Positions 59,818 through 64,000 of a stretch of 64,000 nucleotides of DNA are shown here, one piece after another. Every line of letters starts with the position of its first letter. Positions within the stretch are counted from its first letter, which is position 1. Source of the DNA: Bacteroidales bacterium (GTDB lineage Bacteria > Bacteroidota > Bacteroidia > Bacteroidales > BM520). The position numbers and the translations under genes were made by a program. The notes below the pieces were generated by a model, which was not told the origin of the DNA, made no database searches, and saw only the letters and a list, made by a program, of their open reading frames with translations. Location of the stretch: assembly GCA_050953245.1 (NCBI GenBank), contig JBMNMG010000003.1, positions 111,908 through 175,907 on the forward strand. The letters are read 5' to 3'.

Positions 59818-62800
59818 ATGAAAATTTTAGCTATTAGAGGTAAAAATCTCGCTTCTTTAGAAAGAGAGTTTTCTATAGATTTTAAGAAACCGCCATTATC
59901 AGAATCGCGGATTTTTGTTATAACAGGGAAAACCGGTGCGGGAAAATCTACAATATTAGATGCATTATGTTTAGCCTTATACGATAAAACTCCAAGAACT
60001 TCCAATGTGTCAGAAAAGATTTCGATTAAAGATGTTAACGAACAAACAATATTTCAAGATGATAGCAGAACAACTTTACGAAAAGGCGCAGGAGAAGGGT
60101 TTGCTCAGGTAGATTTTCAAGGAATAGATAAAAAAGAATATAGATCTACTTGGAAAGTTCGTAGGGCTCATGGAAAGCCTGATGGTGCTTTACAAAGTAC
60201 AGAAATGACCTTGGAAAATCTTACAGATGGAGTTTATGAAAAAGGAACTAAATCTGAAATTCAAAAGAAAATAGTATTATTAGTAGGGCTAACTTTTGAA
60301 CAATTTACTAGGTCTGTTTTGTTATCTCAAGGTGATTTTGCAAGTTTTTTAAGAGCAAGACAACCAGAAAAAGCAGAGTTGTTGGAAAAAATAACGGGTA
60401 CTCATATATATACTCAAATATCTCAATTAATTTACAGTAAACACAAAGAAATTAAAACTGAATTTGAATATAAATCTGAGAGTGCTAATGAAAATAAAAA
60501 CAAGTTATTAAAAAAGGAAGAATTAGAACAATTATTAAGAGAACATCAATATCTAAATTTAGATATAGAAAACATTCAAAATTCTATTAACTTACTAAAG
60601 TTTAAGTTAGATTGGTATAATAACTATCAAATCTTTTATAAAAGATATTTAGAAGCAAATGAAAAGTTTGAAAAATCAAAACAAGCGAAAAAACAAATAA
60701 ATCAAAGAGAAAAACACATCAAAGTTATAGAAGACGTAAGAGTTAATATAAAAGATCAATATCAAAGATTTGAGAAAAATAAAGGTTTAATAAACGATAA
60801 AGAACTCAACTTAGAAGAACAAAATGAAGATTTAAGAAAAAATGAAAATAAACTTTTATTAATTGAACAAACATTAGAAAAGTTAAAAAATGAAAAACAA
60901 AAACTTATAACATCATACGAAAAAATAAAAATAGATATTGATGAAGCAAAAAAACTAGACTATGATATAGAAAACAAATCTAAATTATTTCAAGAAGAAA
61001 ATGCAGACTTTATTGAAATGCATGATAAGTTTTTATATGCTAATAACGAACTTCAACAAACCAATATAGAAATAGATAGGGTAAAAATATTAATATCTAA
61101 TTTTGAAAATTGGTTCAATAAAAATAACAGATTTGAAATTCTTTTAGAAGATATTAATTTATTAAAGGAATATATTAACTCATTCAATAATATATCTGAA
61201 AACCTTTTTGAAATTAATGTTGATTACAAGAAATCTAAAGTTAAATTGGATGAAATAAAAAATCAATTAAATGAATCTGAAGAAAAACTAAAACATTTAG
61301 AAAAATACATTCCTTCAGAGGTTAAAGTTATCCAAGAAAAACTTTCGGATGGAGATCTTTGCCCGGTATGTGGAAATGTTTACCATAAAAAGAGCACTGA
61401 AATTTCTGATAACATTTTATTAAGACATGAAGAAATTAACAATGAGAAAAAAATGTTGTCAGAAAAAATATCTTTACTAAAAAATAATCAAAATGAATTA
61501 ATTAGAAAAACGACTGTCCTAGAATCAAAATTAGATGATTTAACAAATTCCCAAAAAAACGTATTATCTAAATTAGAGGCTTATAAAGAGTTACCTTCTA
61601 ATTGGATGGATCTTTTAAACAGGAAAAAATTAATAGATACATTATCTGATTTCAATAATACTTGGAAGAATAAAAAAGATTCATTATCAAAATTACAAAA
61701 TCAATTAAATGATTTAAATCTAAAAGCCACCTTACTTGAAAATAAACTTAAAGATAAAGATGAAATTGAAAAAAAACGATTAAAAGTTGAATTCTTGAAT
61801 AATGAATTAAAAGAATGTAAAACAAAAAGATTGTTGATATTGGAAGGTAAAAGTGTTATTGAAGTAGAAAATTCTTATCAAAACCAAAAAAATGAATGTG
61901 AAACAAATTTAAATAACAAAATTGACGAAAAATTAGATATTGCTAAAAATGTTGAAAGAATTAGAATGACGATAAAACAATCTGATAATGAATTAGATAA
62001 ATTAAGAATAGAACAAAATGCTTTAATAGAACAAATATCTAATTGGTTAAATAAAAACTCTATTACAACCTATGAACTAAAAAAAATAGTTGAAGTTGAT
62101 GATGAGTGGTTAGATAGTGAAAAAGCAGATATTGAGTTAATTAAAAATGAATTTACATTTAATGAAGCTACTTTAAAAGAACGATTAGATAATTTAAACA
62201 ATCATATTAATAATAAGCCTGAAGGTTTTGTTCAAGAAGATATAGATAAAAATCGTCAAAAAAATGAAATTTTAAGTAATGATCTAAAAGAAAAAAGCAA
62301 CAAAAGGTCAATCATAGAAGCCAGATTAATTAAAAACAATGAATTAAAAAAAGAATATGATGAGAAAATTAATGAATTAAAACTAATTGAATCAGACTTA
62401 GAAAATTGGAGTAAACTTAATGATTTATTAGGTTCTGCTTCCGGTAATACATTTAAGTTAATAGCTCAACAATATACATTAGATATATTACTGAATTATA
62501 CTAATCACCATTTAAATAACTTAGCGAAAAGATATGTATTAGAAAGAGTAGATAACACTTTAGCTCTTAATATAATTGATAGAGATATGTTTAACGAAGT
62601 AAGAACCGTTTTTTCACTTTCAGGAGGTGAAACTTTTTTAATTTCTTTATCGCTTGCATTAGGATTATCTTCAATTTCATCTAATATGATGAAAGTAGAA
62701 ACTTTGTTTATTGATGAAGGATTTGGATCGTTAGATAAAGACACATTAAATGTTGCAATCGATGCTTTAGAGATGCTCCAAAATCAAGGTAGAAGAATAG

Positions 62801-62904
62801 GGATTATTTCTCATGTGGGAGAAATATCTGAAAGGGTACAAGCTCGAATAAATGTTGTTAAAGAAAATAATGGTAAGAGTGTAATAGAAATTTGCTCAAC
62901 TTAA
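59818..62904 (+). CDS. sbcC: Exonuclease SbcCD subunit C (Rad50-like ATPase)
   Basis: GKTGAGKST, LSQGDF, CPVC zinc hook in the coiled coil, LSGGE, FIDEGFGSLD. Confidence 0.96.
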   Translation: MKILAIRGKNLASLEREFSIDFKKPPLSESRIFVITGKTGAGKSTILDALCLALYDKTPRTSNVSEKISIKDVNEQTIFQDDSRTTLRKGAGEGFAQVDFQGIDKKEYRSTWKVRRAHGKPDGALQSTEMTLENLTDGVYEKGTKSEIQKKIVLLVGLTFEQFTRSVLLSQGDFASFLRARQPEKAELLEKITGTHIYTQISQLIYSKHKEIKTEFEYKSESANENKNKLLKKEELEQLLREHQYLNLDIENIQNSINLLKFKLDWYNNYQIFYKRYLEANEKFEKSKQAKKQINQREKHIKVIEDVRVNIKDQYQRFEKNKGLINDKELNLEEQNEDLRKNENKLLLIEQTLEKLKNEKQKLITSYEKIKIDIDEAKKLDYDIENKSKLFQEENADFIEMHDKFLYANNELQQTNIEIDRVKILISNFENWFNKNNRFEILLEDINLLKEYINSFNNISENLFEINVDYKKSKVKLDEIKNQLNESEEKLKHLEKYIPSEVKVIQEKLSDGDLCPVCGNVYHKKSTEISDNILLRHEEINNEKKMLSEKISLLKNNQNELIRKTTVLESKLDDLTNSQKNVLSKLEAYKELPSNWMDLLNRKKLIDTLSDFNNTWKNKKDSLSKLQNQLNDLNLKATLLENKLKDKDEIEKKRLKVEFLNNELKECKTKRLLILEGKSVIEVENSYQNQKNECETNLNNKIDEKLDIAKNVERIRMTIKQSDNELDKLRIEQNALIEQISNWLNKNSITTYELKKIVEVDDEWLDSEKADIELIKNEFTFNEATLKERLDNLNNHINNKPEGFVQEDIDKNRQKNEILSNDLKEKSNKRSIIEARLIKNNELKKEYDEKINELKLIESDLENWSKLNDLLGSASGNTFKLIAQQYTLDILLNYTNHHLNNLAKRYVLERVDNTLALNIIDRDMFNEVRTVFSLSGGETFLISLSLALGLSSISSNMMKVETLFIDEGFGSLDKDTLNVAIDALEMLQNQGRRIGIISHVGEISERVQARINVVKENNGKSVIEICST

Positions 62905-63107
62905 ATAATGTTTTCCATAATAATAAAATAACTATATATAGTAACAATTATATATAAGATAATTGTTAAGATTATAATAGAGAAATTAATAACATTTCCA
63001 AAATCCCTTTCAAGATTTTTCATTTCCAGCTTTAATTTATATCTAATGAATTTATCCTTAAAATAGCTATAACTTAAAACATTATAATCTTTTTTTAGTG
63101 TATTCAT
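62901..63107 (-). CDS. Possible small membrane protein
   Basis: 68-aa ORF with one hydrophobic stretch, converging on sbcC with a 4-nt overlap. Could be spurious in AT-rich DNA. Confidence 0.3.
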   Translation of the reverse strand: MNTLKKDYNVLSYSYFKDKFIRYKLKLEMKNLERDFGNVINFSIIILTIILYIIVTIYSYFIIMENII

Positions 63108-63415
63108 AATGGTTTGGTAATTTTATTAAATGCTATAATAATTATAACAATTACAACAAAGATATTAAAAAAAATTTAATAGGAAAAACAAACATTATGT
63201 TTTTAAACTATTTAACACATAATGCTGTTTTTTTAACTAAATTTAAAACTTGCATTAATGTTATTATTTAATTTGTTTTTTTGAACAATTTTTATGGATA
63301 TATTGTATATATATCATTAATAACCATAGTTTTGTTAATAACATAATTGCAAATACTCTATTTATATGAAATATTATTATGATATTTGCGTTAAATTAAA
63401 AGAAATTAGATTATT

Positions 63416-64000
63416 ATGAAAGTTTTAATAACAACTAAAATTTTTGAAAATAGTTTTGATTTATTAAAAAATGAAGGGTTGGAAATTATTGTTCCAGAAG
63501 AAGATTTTTCAAAAGCTGAATTAATAGACAAAATCTCTGATTGTGATTTTTTATTATCAACTTTTAAAATACCAATAGACAAAGAAATTATAGAAGCTGG
63601 AAAGAAATTACAAATGATTTCTAATTACGGTGTTGGTTTTAATAATGTAGATATTGAATATGCAAAATCTAAAGAAATTGTGGTGACCAATACACCTTAT
63701 ACAGTAACAGAACCAACTGCAGAACTTGCTTTTGGATTACTTCATGTTTTAGGACGTAAGATAAAAGAATTAGATAATGATATTAGAGTTCCTAATAAAT
63801 TACAATGGGGTTTACTAGATAATTTAAGTTCATCTTTATTTAATAAAACCTTAGGTATAATAGGATTTGGGAGGATAGGGCAGGCTGTTGCTCGTAGGGC
63901 TGTTGCTTCAAATATGAAAGTAATATACTATTCAAGACATCAAGTTAATGAATATATTGAAAATTTATATTCTGTTCGTTATGTCCCTTTTGATCAGTTA
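63416..64000 (+). CDS. D-isomer-specific 2-hydroxyacid dehydrogenase (5' part, runs off the window)
   Basis: Read by hand from the ATG at 63416: MKVLITTK...ISNYGVGFNNVD...VTNTP...EPTAELAFGL...LGIIGFGRIG. Open to base 64000. Confidence 0.92.
   Translation, partial: MKVLITTKIFENSFDLLKNEGLEIIVPEEDFSKAELIDKISDCDFLLSTFKIPIDKEIIEAGKKLQMISNYGVGFNNVDIEYAKSKEIVVTNTPYTVTEPTAELAFGLLHVLGRKIKELDNDIRVPNKLQWGLLDNLSSSLFNKTLGIIGFGRIGQAVARRAVASNMKVIYYSRHQVNEYIENLYSVRYVPFDQL

Overview
AT-rich chromosomal window from a Bacteroidota (Bacteroidales-like) bacterium, judged from T9SS C-terminal domains, TAnnTTTG promoters and the DUF2764-type V-ATPase operon. From ~7.5 kb onward it is mostly intact housekeeping DNA: truA, Na/Pi cotransporter, DUF4954, GT4, tRNA methyltransferase, MATE, nadB-nadC-nadA, TatD-like, V-type ATPase operon, UvrD/AddA-like helicase-nuclease, nucleoside transporter, thyA, ffh, folD, OmpA-family genes, recR, Dus, dnaX, meaB, grpE-dnaJ, an ABC pair, hutI, fused FTCD, tRNA-Asp, sbcDC and a partial 2-hydroxyacid dehydrogenase. 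The most unusual part is 888-7434. Two ~267-bp MITE-like direct repeats with intact outer and decayed inner inverted ends bracket a cargo consisting of a lipoprotein 3' remnant, a frameshifted T9SS gene, a doubly disrupted ~1300-aa T9SS S8 protease and an intact lipoprotein. A duplicated terminator+promoter module separates otherwise unrelated genes inside it. Other signals: an A10 run in dnaX at the gamma/tau boundary, a 198-nt G-free repeat tract before dus, a RAYT-like HUH transposase with decayed REP-like palindromes, and a sigma54-spaced element before grpE-dnaJ. No CRISPR array, rRNA or recognisable riboswitch was seen. All alignments were done by eye and no searches were run.
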